DNA of 64,000 nucleotides. Origin: Centroscyllium fabricii. Taxonomy: Eukaryota. This document shows positions 25,017-37,759 of the stretch, piece after piece. The position numbers and the translations under genes are program-made. The stretch spans positions 5,890,001 to 5,954,000 of the forward strand of contig JBNRSN020000039.1 in the NCBI GenBank assembly GCA_051313645.2, written 5' to 3'. Under the pieces are notes generated by a model that did no database searches, was not told the DNA's origin, and was given only the letters and a program-made list of their open reading frames with translations. Numbering within the stretch: the stretch's first letter is position 1; the number at the start of each line of letters is the position of its first letter.

Positions 25017-26240
25017 TACATAGATACATACATAGAAAATAGGTGCAGGAGTAGACCATTCGGCCCTTCCAGCCTGCATTCTGCCCTTCGAGCATTCAAC
25101 ACGTTCATGGCTGAACATAGAAATATAGAAACTAGGAGCAGGAGGAGGCCATTCGGCCCTTCGAGCCTGCTCCGCCATTCAATGAGATCATGGCTGATCA
25201 TCCAAATCCAGCATCCCTCCCCTGATCCCTCGGTCCCCACCGAACCTGCATCAACACATATCCCAGCCTATCCCCGTAAACCCACATATTCAATCCCCCT
25301 AACACTAAGGGTCAATTTATCCTGGCCAATCAACCTAACCCGCACATCTTTGCCTGTGGGAGGAAAACGGAGCACCCGAAGGAAACCCACGCAGACACGG
25401 GGAGAATGTGCAAACTCCACACAGATAGTACCCGAGGCTGGATTTGAACCCGGGTCTCTAGTGCTGTGAGGCAACAATGCTAACCACTGTGCCACCGTGC
25501 CGCCACATCAGTACACCATTCCTGCTTTCTCGCCATATCCCTTGATCCACTAGTTGTAAGTATTACATCTAACTCCCTTTTGAATATATTTAGTGAACTG
25601 GCCTCAACAACTTTCTGTGGTAGAGAATTCCACAGGTTCACCACTCTCTGGGTGAAGAAGTTTCTCCTCATCTCGGTCCTAAATGGCTTACCCCTTATCC
25701 TTAGACTGTCCCCCCTGGTTCTGGACTTCCCCAACAATTGGAACATGCTGCCCGCATCTAACCTGTCTAAACCCGTCAGTATTTTAAACGTTTCTATGAG
25801 ATCCCCCCTCATTCTTCTGAACTCCAGAGAGTACAAGTTCAGTTGATCCAGTCTTTCTTGATATGTCAGTCCGGCCATCCCGGGAATCAATCTAGTAAAC
25901 CTTCGCTGCACTCCCTCAATAGCAAGAATGTCCTTCCTCAAGTTAGGAGACCAAAACTGCACACAATACTCCAAGTGTGGCCTCACCAAGGCCCTGTACA
26001 ACTGTAGCAACACCTCCCTACCCCTGTACTCAAATCCCCTCGCCATGAAGGCCAACATGCCATTTGCTTTCTTGATTGCCTGCTGTACCTGCATTTCCAC
26101 CTTCAGTGACATGTACCATGACGCCCAGGTCTCGTTGCACCTCCCCTTTCCCTAATCTGTCACCATTCAGCTAATAGACTGTCTCTCTATTTTTACCGCC
26201 AAAGTGGATAACCTCACATTTATCCACATTGTACGTCATC
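25017..26240 (-). mobile_element. CR1 LINE 3' fragment
   Basis: ORF 25480-26112 contains LVRPHLEYCVQFWSP..FFTQRVVNLWNSLP; (tatgtatc) tail near 25017; a SINE sits inside its 3' UTR. Confidence 0.92.
25115..25503 (-). mobile_element. HE1-type (V-SINE) tRNA-derived SINE
   Basis: Head GGCGGCACGGTGGCACAGTGGTTAGC..GGGTTCAAATCC, V-domain gtggagtttgcacattctccccgtgtctgcgtggg, CR1-derived tail. Confidence 0.88.
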
Positions 26241-27132
26241 TGATTCGTCATGATTCGTCAGCTTACTCCTACCTCTCGGCTATTGTCCATCTAAAGTCCT
26301 TCTCACACTCCGGGATCTGAGAATAATCCTTTATGGGTAACGCACAACGTTGAATATTCCTATGTACCCGTGGCTCTGTCCAGTTTGGAATCATAACATG
26401 CCTTGTTAGAGCTGCCTAGAGCTTGGATTCGTACCGTGAAGACCACTCCCCCTCCACCCTGCTTGTAGCTTTTACTCTCATTTATTCTTAACATTCCCCG
26501 TTTTCTTTTTAATATTCCTGCCTTGTGGTTTTGCTGACTTGTCTTCACTCATACTGTCCATTCCCTCACTATCCTGGTAACTGGGATTATTCTTCCTTTC
26601 TGTGTTTCAACACATGCCCTTTCTCGTGCTTACGTGTAGATCTCGGGATCCTGGGTCCTTCGTATTATTACTTTATCTTGGTTTCTTGCTGTTACTCATT
26701 TCTCCTGTCTGTGTCTATAAAACTTCCTTCATTCTTCTTATTGCTCACCCGCATCTTTTTCATTTTGGCCCCTACCCAATCCGTAGGTTTTTACACAGAA
26801 TCACACGGAAATTACAATGAAGGCGCATGGAGCGGTCTGTGGTAGGCCCCTGGCCTCAGACCCGATGTTTGAAACTTAGACTTGAAATTACACAAAGGGG
26901 AAAGACAATTCAATCCACAGTGAGAGGTGCTCATTATTCTCCCGTCTATCAATAGAACTGATGCCAAGCCCCCCACCCCCGTTCCCATATATATTCTCCT
27001 GGTCAGAAATCTCATCCCTCTTTTTGTAGAAGCTGTTTGGATATAAGAAAGAAAAGGTATAAAGAAAGATTATAAGAAAGAGCATAAAAAGAATAAAACC
27101 GAAAGACGGAAAGAAAGAGAACAAGCAATAAT

Positions 27133-27827
27133 GGGCCAGAATTTCCTGTGCTCCAGAGGAGCTGCACACTCACGAAGGGGGGTCCGAAATGCCCCGTGGG
27201 TGTGCAGCACGGTGGATGCCCACGAACGGGAATTTCCTGTGCTGAAGCTGCAGATAACTCTGTAGGTTTCAGCCTTGAGAAACTGCGAGCCCAACACAGA
27301 CTGTTTAATATTCAGCCTCACAAGGCTTCGACAGGAGACTTCCCAACATAGATGTGGTAATTTTGTCCCGGACACGACGCTGAACTTCATTAGTGCAAGA
27401 ATTGCCTGGGAATATCGGCTGCAAGATGAGAGCCCCGATTTGCCGACCCACACTCGCCACTAGTGAGGGTTCATACCAGGAGCAGAGCCTTGCTAAATTA
27501 CTCCTGGAATTATCAAGCAAAGCACAATCACAGAAAGTACACAGCAATTTTATTTAATAAATGTATTGCAGCTTTTTCAGCTTCGGAGCCTTTCGTTCTG
27601 TGCGTTCTGTGGGGGCGTGTTCACAGAAATCAGACATCAGTGGGCGGGGCTTGGTGATAGCCCACGCAGCAAGCTCTACGCAGCAAGACAGGCTACATCA
27701 CTACGCAACCCATGAAGCTGCCAAATCGGACAGGAATTTTTCGGAAAACAAAGAATTACGTGCGCGTGCGTCACGGGTGTGCATGAGCACGCACCCGCAC
27801 GAAACGGAGCACAGGAAATTCTGGCCC
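27133..27827. mobile_element. Non-autonomous DNA transposon (MITE), PIF/Harbinger-like
   Basis: Perfect 22-bp TIRs GGGCCAGAATTTCCTGTGCTCC (27133-27154 and 27806-27827); 3-bp TSD AAT. Confidence 0.88.
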
Positions 27828-28189
27828 AATGTAAAGTTGCTAAAAGTAAAGAACGAGCATAAGAAATAAATAAAGAAAGCAGGAAGCAACGAAAGAATAA
27901 AGCAAAGAAAGACAAAAAGAAGGAAAGAAATAACTAAGGCGGTGAGAAATTAGTGCACGAAGGAAGGAAAGAAGGGTGACATAAAGGAAGAATGAAAGAA
28001 AGTAGGAAAGCGAGAAGCGAGGAAATGAAGAAAGAAAGGAAGAAAGACAGAAAGAACGACTGAAAGAACGAAATCAGGCAGGAAGTAAGGAACGAATGAA
28101 GAAATAAATAAAGACCAAGGTAAAGAAGGAAATACATTTTAAGAAACGAATTAAATAAGGCAGGAAGGAAAGAATGAAAGAAACAAGAA

Positions 28190-29655
28190 AGGACCGGACT
28201 GTAGTCATTCTGTGCAGCTCTACACTATCTCCAGTCTATAATTGTACACTGGCCTGGGCCAGAATCATCTTCTGCCCGTCTACACTTTATCTTGTCTGAA
28301 ATTGTTCAGTGACTTGGGCTCGAAAACTCTTGTGGCCACCAGCATTTTATCCAGTCAAAATTGTACATTGTACAGGGCTGAAATCATCCTGCGCCCCTCT
28401 AAAAAATCGTCATTGTAAAAAAGTATATTGGCCTGTGCTGAATTCCTCTTGTGACACTCTGGAATTATTTCAGCCTGAAATTGTCCATTTACCGGTGACT
28501 GGATCCTCTGCTGCCCCTCTATGCATTCTTTTGACTGAAATTGTATATTGGCCTATGCTGAAATTTTCCTTTATCGCTCTGCACCGTCTCCAGCCTGAAA
28601 TCGTACATCGCCCTGGTCTGGAATACACCTGTACAGCTCTACACTTTCTCCACCATGAAATTGGAACTTGGCCTGGGCTGGAATTCTTCTGAGCACCTCT
28701 GCACATATCACAGTCCGAAATTGTACATTGGCCTGGGCTGAAATTTTCATATGCCCATCTCCCTATCTCCAGTCTAAAATTGTGCATTTTCCTGGGCTAG
28801 ATTCCTCCTGTGCACATCTAAATTAATCCAGTCTGACATTGTACAATGGCACGGCCTGGAGTTCGCCTACCCCCCCTCTATTCTCACAGCAGTCTGTAGT
28901 TATGCATTCGCTCGGCTGACATAATCCTGTACCCCGCTACACTTCCTCATATGTTCAATTGCACATGGGCCTCGGCTGGATACGTCATCAGCCCCTGTAA
29001 AATGTCTCCTGTCTGAAATTATACATTGGCCTGGGCTCCATTACTCCTGTGACCCTCTTCAGTTTCTCCAGCCTGAAATTGTGCTTTGGCCTGCGCAAGA
29101 TTCCTCCTGTGCCCCGCTACAGTTAATCAATTCTAAAATTGTTGATTGGCCACGACTGGATGACTCCTAAGCCACTCTAAATGTTCTCCATTCTGAAATT
29201 TGACATTGGGCAATGAAACACAGAAGATAGGAGCAGGAGTAGGCCATTCGGCCCTTCGAGCCTGCTCCGACATTCAATGAGATCATGGCTGATCATCCAA
29301 ACTTAGCACCCCCCTCCTATCATATCCCCTGACACACCCCAATTCTAAGAACTATCATATATCCCACCCTATCCCCGTAACCCCCAGATATTCAATCACC
29401 CTAACACTAAGGGTCAATTTATCCTGGCCAATCAACCTAATCCGCACATCTTTAGACTATGGGAGGAAACCCAAGCAGACACGGGGAGAATGTGCAAACT
29501 CCACACAGATAGTACCCGAGGCTGGATTTGAACCCGGGTCTCTAACTCTGTGCCACCGTGCCGGCCAATGCTGGAATCATGCTCAGTCTTTCAAAACTTT
29601 ATCCAGACTGAAATTGTTCATTGGCTTTGGCTGGGCTCTTCCAGTGCCCCTCTAC
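28190..29655. repeat. 60-bp minisatellite array, unit 7 (interrupted by SINEs)
   Basis: Same consensus; resumes at about 30065. Confidence 0.9.
29215..29563 (-). mobile_element. HE1-type SINE
   Basis: Homologous to 25115-25503, with small deletions. Confidence 0.85.
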
Positions 29656-29657
29656 TG

Positions 29658-30062
29658 GACGGTGGCATAGTGGTTAGCACTGTTGCCTCACAGCACTGGA
29701 GACCCGGGTTCAAATCCAGCCTCGGGTACTATCTGTGTGGAGTTTGCACATTCTCCCCGTGTCTGCCTGGTTTTCCTCCGGGTGCTCCGGTTTAATCCCA
29801 CAGTCCAAAGATGTGTGGGTTAGGTTGATTGGCCAGGATAAATTGACCTTTAGTTTTAGGGGGATTTAATATGTGGGTTTACGGGGATAAGGTGTGATAT
29901 GTGTCGGTGCAGGCTCGATAGGGATCGAGGGATATGGGGACAAGGCCGGGACAGGGTGCTGGGTTTGGATGATCAGCTATGACCTCATTGAATGGCGGAG
30001 CAGGCTCGAAGGGCCGAATGGCCTACTCCTGCTCCTATCTTCTATTTTTCTATGTTTCTATG
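29658..30062 (+). mobile_element. HE1-type SINE
   Basis: A- and B-box head, V-domain, tail ttctatgtttctatg. Confidence 0.88.
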
Positions 30063-30114
30063 TTACTCTTTCTCCAGTCTGGGATTGTGAACCAGCCCCG
30101 TAGGTTGTACTCCT

Positions 30115-30168
30115 TCCATCGAAGACAGATCAGAGTGAGCGCAAGTAATGCTGGCTTCATTCTGGATC
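30115..30168 (-). pseudogene. Signal-peptide-like exon, unit 7 (MKPALLALTLICLRW)
   Basis: Acceptor intact, ATG at 30160, donor mutated; reads on as KEYNLRGWFTIPDWRK. Confidence 0.42.
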
Positions 30169-30417
30169 CTGTTGAATGATATCCCCTGCATGGTTGATGT
30201 GCGTGCATTGAATCAGGTTTAGTAATATTTTGCTGCACATAATTTGTTAATCATTAACCAATTCTGCTCTATTGATAATTATTTGTTTGTTTACCGTCAG
30301 AACATTCCCTTGACTTCTGCTCCTGAATCTGTTTATTTTTCCTCGTGATTCATCAGGTTACTTGTTCCTCTTGGCTGTTGTCCATCTAACCCCCATCTCA
30401 TACTCCGGTATCTCAGA

Positions 30418-32466
30418 AGAGTAAGCAGAACATGCAACGTTGAATCAACCCTGGTTTACAGAAGCATGCAGGAACGCATGTGTGGAACAGCACCAGGCAA
30501 ACCGAAAAAGGAGATGTCAACCTGGTGAGGCAACAACACAGAACTACGTACATGCCAAACAACAGAAGCAACATGCGATAGACAGAGCTAAGCGATCTCA
30601 CAACCATCGGATCAAATCAAAGCTCTGCCATGCTGCCACGTCCAGTCATTAGTTGTGGTGGACAATGATACAGTCGGCAGCAGGAGGAGGCTCCAAAACT
30701 TGTCCCCAACCTCAATTATGTTGCAGCCCAGCACGTGAGTGCAAAAGACAAGGCTGAAGCTGTTGCACCTATCTTCCGACAGAAATGCCGAGTCGATGAT
30801 TCATCTCGGCCTTCAGCTGAGGTACCCAGCATCACAGATGCCAGTCTTCAGCCCACTCAATTTACGTTAAGTGATGTTAAGAAACGGCACAAGACACTGG
30901 ATACTGCAAACGCTATGGGCCCTGAAAACTTTCCGGCATTAGAAGTGAAGACTTGCGCTCCAGAACTAACTGTGCCCCTACCCAAGCTGTTACAATACAG
31001 CTACAATGCCGGCATCTAGCCGGCAATGTGGAAAATTGCCCAATATATCCTGTCAACAAAAAGTAGGACACATCCGACCAGACCAATTACCGTCCTATCA
31101 GACTACTCTCAATCATTAACAAAGGGATGGAATTTGTTTTCGAAAATGTTATCAAGTGTCACTTACTCAGCAATAATCTGCTAACTGACGCCCAGTTTGG
31201 TTTCCGCCAGGGCCACTAAGATCCTGACCTCATTACAGCCTTGGGCCAAACATGGACAAAAGAGCTGACGTCAAGAGCTGAGGTGAGAGCGACTCCCCTT
31301 GACATCAAGGCAGCATTTGATCGAGTGTGGTATCATGGAGACTTAGCAATGCTAAAGTCAATGGTAATCAAGGGGAAAACTCTCTATTGGTTGGAATCTT
31401 ACCTACCAAAAAGGATGTTGGCTGTGATTGTTGGAGGTCATTCATCTTTACCCCAGGATATCACTGCAGGAGTTTTTCAAGGCAGTGTCATAGGCCCAAC
31501 CAACTTCAGCTGTTTCATCAATGGCTGTCCCTCCATCATAAGATCAGAAGTGGGGATTTTCGCTACAGATTTCACACGGTTCAGCACCATTCGAGACTCG
31601 TCAGATACTGACGCATTCCATTTCCATATGCAGCAAGACCTGGACAGCATCCAGACTTGGGCTAACCATTGGCAAGTAACATTCCCACCACACAAGTACG
31701 AGGCAATGTCCATCTCCAACAAGCGAGATTCTTACTCTCTCCCCTTGCCATTCAATGGCATTCTCATCGCTGAAACCCCCACTATCAACAGCTTGGCGGT
31801 TAGCATTGATTAGTACCTGAACTGCACCAGCCATATAAACACTATGGCTAAAAGAGCAGGCCAGACCCTGGGAATTCTGCCGCCAATATCTAACCTCCTG
31901 ATTCCCCGAAGCCTTTCCACCATCTACAAGGCACAAGTCAGGAGTGTGATGGAATAGTCTCCACTTGCCTATATGAGAGCATCATCAACAACACTCAAGA
32001 AGTTCGACACCATTCAGGATAAAGCAGCCCGCTTGATTGGTACTCCATCCACCACCTTCAACATTTACTCCCTCCAACACCGGCGCACTGTGGCTGCAGT
32101 GTGTACCATCTACAATATGCACTTGAGCCACTCGCCAATGCTGCTCCAGAAGAAACTTCCAAAGCCGCTACCTCTACCACTTAGAAGGACAAGGGCAGCA
32201 GACGCATAGAACAGCACCACCTACAAGTTCACCTCCAAGTCACACACCATCCTGACTTGGAACTGTATCGCCACTCCTTCACTTTCGCTGGGCGAAAAAC
32301 CTGGAACTCCATTCCAGCAAGATTGTGCATGTAGCTACACCATATGGATTGCAGCGGTCTAATAAGGCGGCTCACCACCATCTTCGCAAGGGCAATTAGG
32401 GATGGGCACTATATGCAGACCTAGCCTACCAGCGACGCCCACATCCAATCAAGGGATAAAATAAAC
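30418..32466 (+). mobile_element. Decayed CR1-group (L2/Crack-like) LINE
   Basis: Encodes DIKAAFDRVW, GVFQGSVIGP, YKAQVRSVME and SLQHRRTVAA; many stop codons. Confidence 0.82.
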
Positions 32467-33504
32467 TAATATTCTATGGGACCGTGACTCTGTCCAGTTT
32501 GGAATCATATCAATCTGTGTTAATGCTGCCCAGAAGATGGATTCGCACCGTGATGACCACTCCCCCTCCACCCTGCTTGTAGCTCTTACTCCCCTGTATT
32601 CGTAGCATGCCCCCTTTTCGTTTTAGTATTCCTGTCTTTGGGTTTGCTGACATCTCTTCCCCTGTAATGGCCAATCCCTAGATATCCTGTTTACTGGAAT
32701 TGTTCATCCTTCTGTCATACAACACATTCCCTTCATCCTGCTTCCAAGTGTACGTCGGCCTTCTGTGATCTCAGTATTATTCATTTATCTTGGTTTCTTG
32801 ATATTTCTCAATTATCTTGTCTGTAGTTATAAAACATCCTTAATTCTTCTTGTTACTCACCCACGTCGTCTTCATTATGAACCACACACACACCGTAGTT
32901 TATTACACAGAATCAAAAGGAAAATACTCAAACGAGAAATAGAATTTAACCCACCGTGAGAACTGCTCATTATCTCCCCCCCCCCCCCCACCACTATCAG
33001 TGGAACTGATCCCATGTGCCCCCATGTTCATATATCACGTATAATATTCAGGAAGCTATTTCCTTTTTTGCAAAACAGCTTTGTATATAAGAAAGATAAA
33101 ACTATAAAGGAAGAATGAATGAAATAAGGACTGAATGAAGCAATGATCATTAAGAACGGAATAAAAACGAAACACAGAAAGAAGGAGAGCAAGCATGAGG
33201 GAAATAATGGAAAATTCAAAGAAAGGAAGATGATTAGATAGAAATAAAACAGGAAGTAAGGAATTAATGAAAAAAGAAATAAAGAAAGAAATAAAGAAAG
33301 AAAGAAAGAAATAAAGAAATAAAGAACGAAAGAAAGAGAGAAAAAAAGAAATGAAGAAGAATGAAAGTAAGAAAGATGGAAAGAAATATGGAAAGAAAGA
33401 AAGAATGACTGAAAGAAAGAAAGAGAGAAAGAAAGAAAGAAAGAAATGCAGCTTAGGTGAATTGGAGATGCTGAAATTGCCCAGGACTATTTGCGTGATA
33501 TATA

Positions 33505-33628
33505 TTTCTTAGATTTGTGTGTTTCTGGGTATATAGGGAGAGGGTAGCAGGGGGTTGCGGAGTTTGGATGATCAGCCATGATCTCATCAAAATGGCTGAG
33601 CAAGCTCGAAGGGTCAAATGGCCTACGC
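33505..33628 (+). mobile_element. SINE/CR1 tail fragment before N gap 33629-33763
   Basis: ggatgatcagccatgatctc..gctcgaagggtcaaatggcctac. Confidence 0.6.
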
Positions 33629-33989
33629 NNNNNNNNNNNNNNNNNNNNNNNNNNNNNNNNNNNNNNNNNNNNNNNNNNNNNNNNNNNNNNNNNNNNNNNN
33701 NNNNNNNNNNNNNNNNNNNNNNNNNNNNNNNNNNNNNNNNNNNNNNNNNNNNNNNNNNNNNNNAGAATGAAGAAAACAAGAAAGGACAGGACTGGAGTCC
33801 TCCACAGCCATCTACACTTATCCAGTCTTCAATTGGCTGTTGGCCCGAACTGCCTTACTCCTGTGCCAATTTACACTTTAAAGAATCCATAACTGTGCAT
33901 CAGACTGGGCTGGAATTGTCCTGGGCCACTCTATATTTTACCAATCTGAAATTGTATATTGGCCAGGGCTGGCATCCTCTTGTGCCAGG

Positions 33990-34810
33990 TCAGAAGATTG
34001 GCAGATTAACGTGAGTATATGCGAGATAATCCACTTTGGCGACAGAAACAGATAGGCAGACTATTAACTGAATGGAAATATATTGGATGACGTGGAAGTG
34101 CAAAGTGACCTGGGTCTGCCTGTGCAGCATTCGGTGAAGGTAAGTATGCAGGTGCAGCATGCGATGAAGAAGGCAAATGGTATGTTTGCCTTCATAGCGG
34201 AAGATTTTGAGTACAAGAACAAGGATGTCCTGCTGAAGATGTACAGGGCCTTGTTGAGACCACACCTTGAGTACTGTGTGTACCTTTGGTCGCCTTATCT
34301 GAGGAAGGATGTTCTTGCCATGGAGGGAGTTCAGATAAGTTTCACAAGGCTGATACCTGGGATGGCAGGAATGTCGTATGAGGAGAGATTCGATTTATTG
34401 GGCTTAAATCGATGGAGTTTAAAAGAATGTTGTGGATCTCACCGAAACGTATACAATTCTGACACCTCTGGACAGCTAGATGCAGGAAGAATGTTCCCGG
34501 TGATCATAGAGCCCGGAACCTGGGGGCACAGTCTAAGGATATGTGGTAGGCCATTCAGGACAGTGGTGTGGAAGAATGTATTCATCCAGAGAGCTCTGAA
34601 CCTGTGGAAATCTCTACCACAGAATATGTTCATTAAATATATTCAATAAGGAGTTAGATATATAACTTAGATCTCAAGTTAGCAAGGGATATGAAGAGAA
34701 GGCAGGTACGGGGTACTGCGTTTGGATGATCAGGTAGGATCTCATCGAGTGATGGAGCAGACTTGAGGGAACGAATGGCCTCCTCCTGCTATTTTCTTCA
34801 ATGTGACTAT
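33990..34810 (+). mobile_element. Decayed CR1 LINE 3' fragment truncating array 8
   Basis: Encodes LLRPHLEYCVYLWSPYLRKD. Confidence 0.88.
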
Positions 34811-35112
34811 GCATCCTCTCCTGGGCGGGCTATTTATTCCCGGATGCAGCTCCTGAGGCTCTGCTGCCCTCCCCAGGAGCATGTTTATCCGTTGAGCGTA
34901 GACAGTGATTAATGGTCTGATTGAGGCCGCAGAACCAAGACTGATGTTGTCCAAAGCCGCCTTCACACCACACTTTCCATTAGATCCTCACATAATCCAC
35001 AAGAGATGGGGATACTCTCAGAGACCCGATTAATCCGGGTCATTTCCTGCCTGCATGCTTCGTTAAGAGAGTAATCAATAATATAGAGGGTTAGTGGGAA
35101 ATGTCCTGGTCA

Positions 35113-35250
35113 AAGCACCGTCCGCTGGAACAAGTGCCATCCAGAGCGAGCGTCTTTACCCCACCATAAGGATAGTTGAAACTTCGGCCTGACATTCACT
35201 CGCTTCTGCAGCTCTTTGCGCCCTTGAGAAGTGAAACATTCGCTCGTAAT
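35113..35250 (-). pseudogene. Probable terminal exon of an NLR-like gene, frameshifted (copy A)
   Basis: ttttgcag acceptor; reads LRAN-[1-nt shift]-FTSQGRKELQKRVNVRPKFQLSLW, resembling an NLR final LRR and cap. Confidence 0.5.
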
Positions 35251-36444
35251 CTGCAAAAGGAGTGGCAAGTAGCAATCAATTGACAGGGGCTCTGTTCAAA
35301 TATTTTAGAGGAAATGATATGGAATGCAGTTTAGCATTAGATTATATTATAGAAACTATATAGGTGTCATCAACACTTTCTGGACAGCATTCAGTCCCGC
35401 TCTGTCTCTGTCTCCCTCTTTATATATTTCTGTCTCTCTATTTAACATATCTTTACTTGTACCACTCCCGCTCCATTTCTCCCTCACTGTGCCTTGCCTC
35501 AAATCTGAGACTCCATCTCCCACTAACCCTCTATATAATTTAATTTGTCTATCTCTTCAACTCTAATTCTCACTTTATATTCCTCTTTCTCCACCTCTCT
35601 TTGCCTCCGCTTCTAACTAGCTCCCTCTCTTATTTTATTCCTTTATCCATCATCCTATTTCTCTATTATTTTCATCTCTTGGCCTCTTTCTGCCTCTATC
35701 ACTGTCTATATATAGTTTCCCTCGGCCTCTATTTCTGACTCTGTATTTGTCTCTGTGTTTGTGAGTCACTCTATCTGTCTAAGTCTCTATCACTGTTTTC
35801 CATTTTTTATGTCCCTTCAACCTCTCCGTTTCTCTTTCCCACCTTTCTCTTGCCATGTCTCTGTCATTCTCTCCGCATCGCTATTTAAGTATGTGTTTGT
35901 CTACCACTTTCTCTGCAGTCGACTATGTTACTCTGTCCCTCTCCCTCCCTTATTTCCCATTTATATATCTCATTTTCTCCTTCTCTTTCTCTAATTCTCC
36001 CCATTATCTGTATTTCTCTGTCTGTTTCTCTCCCTTCCTCTATCTCTCTGCTTTGCTCTACATTTCTCTCTTTCACTAACTTCCTATCTGTGACATTCGA
36101 TATTCCCTTCTTTCTATTCCTAACTTCCAAGTAATATTTTTCTTTCTGTATTTGCAGAAGCAGCTGCCCCTATCTCACTTTTTTCTCTCTATCTCTATAG
36201 CCTGATAGGTCAAGGGCGTGGCAATGGGAGAGATTTAAAAATAAAAAGAATCAGAGATTGTGCTTTGCATCCCAATATATTATTAGAGCCTAAGCTATCA
36301 TAATGGAATGGAAATGTGCTCTCAGTTATATTAGAAACATGTTCTCGGTTTGTTACTCAAGACAAGATTGATTACAGATTTTATTTGAGAATTATCCGCA
36401 GATATTAAATTAAATGCAAAGCAAAAAATAAACAAATCTCTTAC

Positions 36445-36612
36445 GTTACTTTTTCCAGATTGGCACAGTTCCGTACGAGCTGGCGGAACTTTTCTTGAGA
36501 TTTTTCTGTGAATCCATTAAACGAGAGGTGCAGGACTCTCAGCGTTTCTTTCACACAAAGAGCAGAAACAAGTTCCTCACAGCACTCGTGTGTCAGGTAA
36601 TTGCTCTTCAGG
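36445..36612 (-). pseudogene. NLR (NLRC3/NLRP-like) RI-type LRR exon, copy A
   Basis: cag/GTAAG boundaries, 168 nt (2x28 aa), phase 2-2: LKSNYLTHECCEELVSALCVKETLRVLHLSFNGFTEKSQEKFRQLVRNCANLEKV. Confidence 0.78.
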
Positions 36613-37759
36613 CTGTTGGACAATGGATAAGCGAATCAGCGAATGAGATACAGAGGGAGAGTGATAGAAGCAGAGAGATTGATACAGAGAGTGAAAATAG
36701 ATAGAGTGATAGTGAGAGAGGCAGAGAGACAGAGAAGGGGAGAGCGAGACGGTGGAGGGAGAAAGTGACAGAGAGAGAGACAAAAAGAGCGGCAGTGAGA
36801 CACAGAGAATGGAAGAAGGGGGAGGAAAGAGACAGAGAGAGACAGAAAGAGCGGCAGTAAGACAGAGAGTGAGAGAGAAGGGTGAGGAAAGAGACAGAGA
36901 GAGACAGAAAGAGCGGCAGTAAGACAGAGAGTGAGAAAGAAGGGTGAGGAAAGAGAAAGAGAAGGACAAAAAAGCAAAAGTGAGACAGAGTTTAAGGGAG
37001 AAGAAGTGATAGACAGAGAGGGAGAGCGAATGAGAGAGGGAGAGAAGAGATAGGGAGATAGATAATTAAGGGGAGGAGAGAGAGTCAGAGAGAGGTAAAG
37101 AACCCTGAGAGAGAGTGTGGGAGCGAAGAGATAGAGAGCAACAGAGGGTGACATGAAGACCAAGAGATTTAAAGGTAGGCAGTCACAGTTGGAGGAAGAG
37201 AATGGTTGAAAAAATGTTATAAACAAACCGTCCAGGATAAAATGAGGGAGAGAGAAAGAGAGAGAGTGCATGTAACAGTGAATAAAAGAAGTAGTTTCAG
37301 AAATGCCAGAATAATGATCTACATCCAGAACTAGCTGCACATATAGACAAGATGATCCACTACAGAAAAAAGCATCGGCAGGAACCCCAAAAAATGCTGG
37401 ACGAATCCAATCCTCTCAGTCTACTCTCAATCAACAGCAAATTGACCGTCCGCAGCGGTTCAAGAGGTTGTGTCACCAACCACGTCAAAAGGGCAACTAG
37501 AGATGTGCTATAAATGCTGGACTTGCCAGCGACGCACACATCCCAGGATAAAATAAAAATAATCTCGCAAGACAATGTCGTCTGAGAGGCTGTAAGTACA
37601 GATGACATGATGAGGACCGAGACACTGCTAAAACGGCTAAAATATTCCATAATAAGAGAGAACAGATGACGTGGTCACCGGCACTGTCAGTACAGATATT
37701 TCGATGGGTATTGAGACATATACAAATAATGACTCGTTTCGTAAGCCGTCTTTTCAAAC

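Larger units (their letters stand above)
1..33990. repeat. Degenerate tandem macro-repeat, about 8 units; core about 2.7 kb before insertions
   Basis: The same order recurs: GA tract, then aaggac.gg.ctgga, the 60-mer array, ctccagtctgggatt(g/a)tgaa, ttgctgacatgtc, ttcattatgac and tatataagaa. Arrays start near 241, 4880, 11910, 15127, 18545, 21207, 28190 and 33785. The uninterrupted unit 18545-21207 is about 2.66 kb. Confidence 0.9.
34751..37409. repeat. Segmental duplication, copy A
   Basis: Colinear, high-identity match to 41524-44128, from gatggagcagact to gacgaatcca. Confidence 0.93.

Noticed and set aside
29658-29725. tRNA gene
   Set aside because: It is the tRNA-derived head of an HE1 SINE and continues into the V-domain.
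35324-37340. Leu/Ser/Phe-rich membrane-like ORFs
   Set aside because: They are translations of CT/GA low-complexity tracts.
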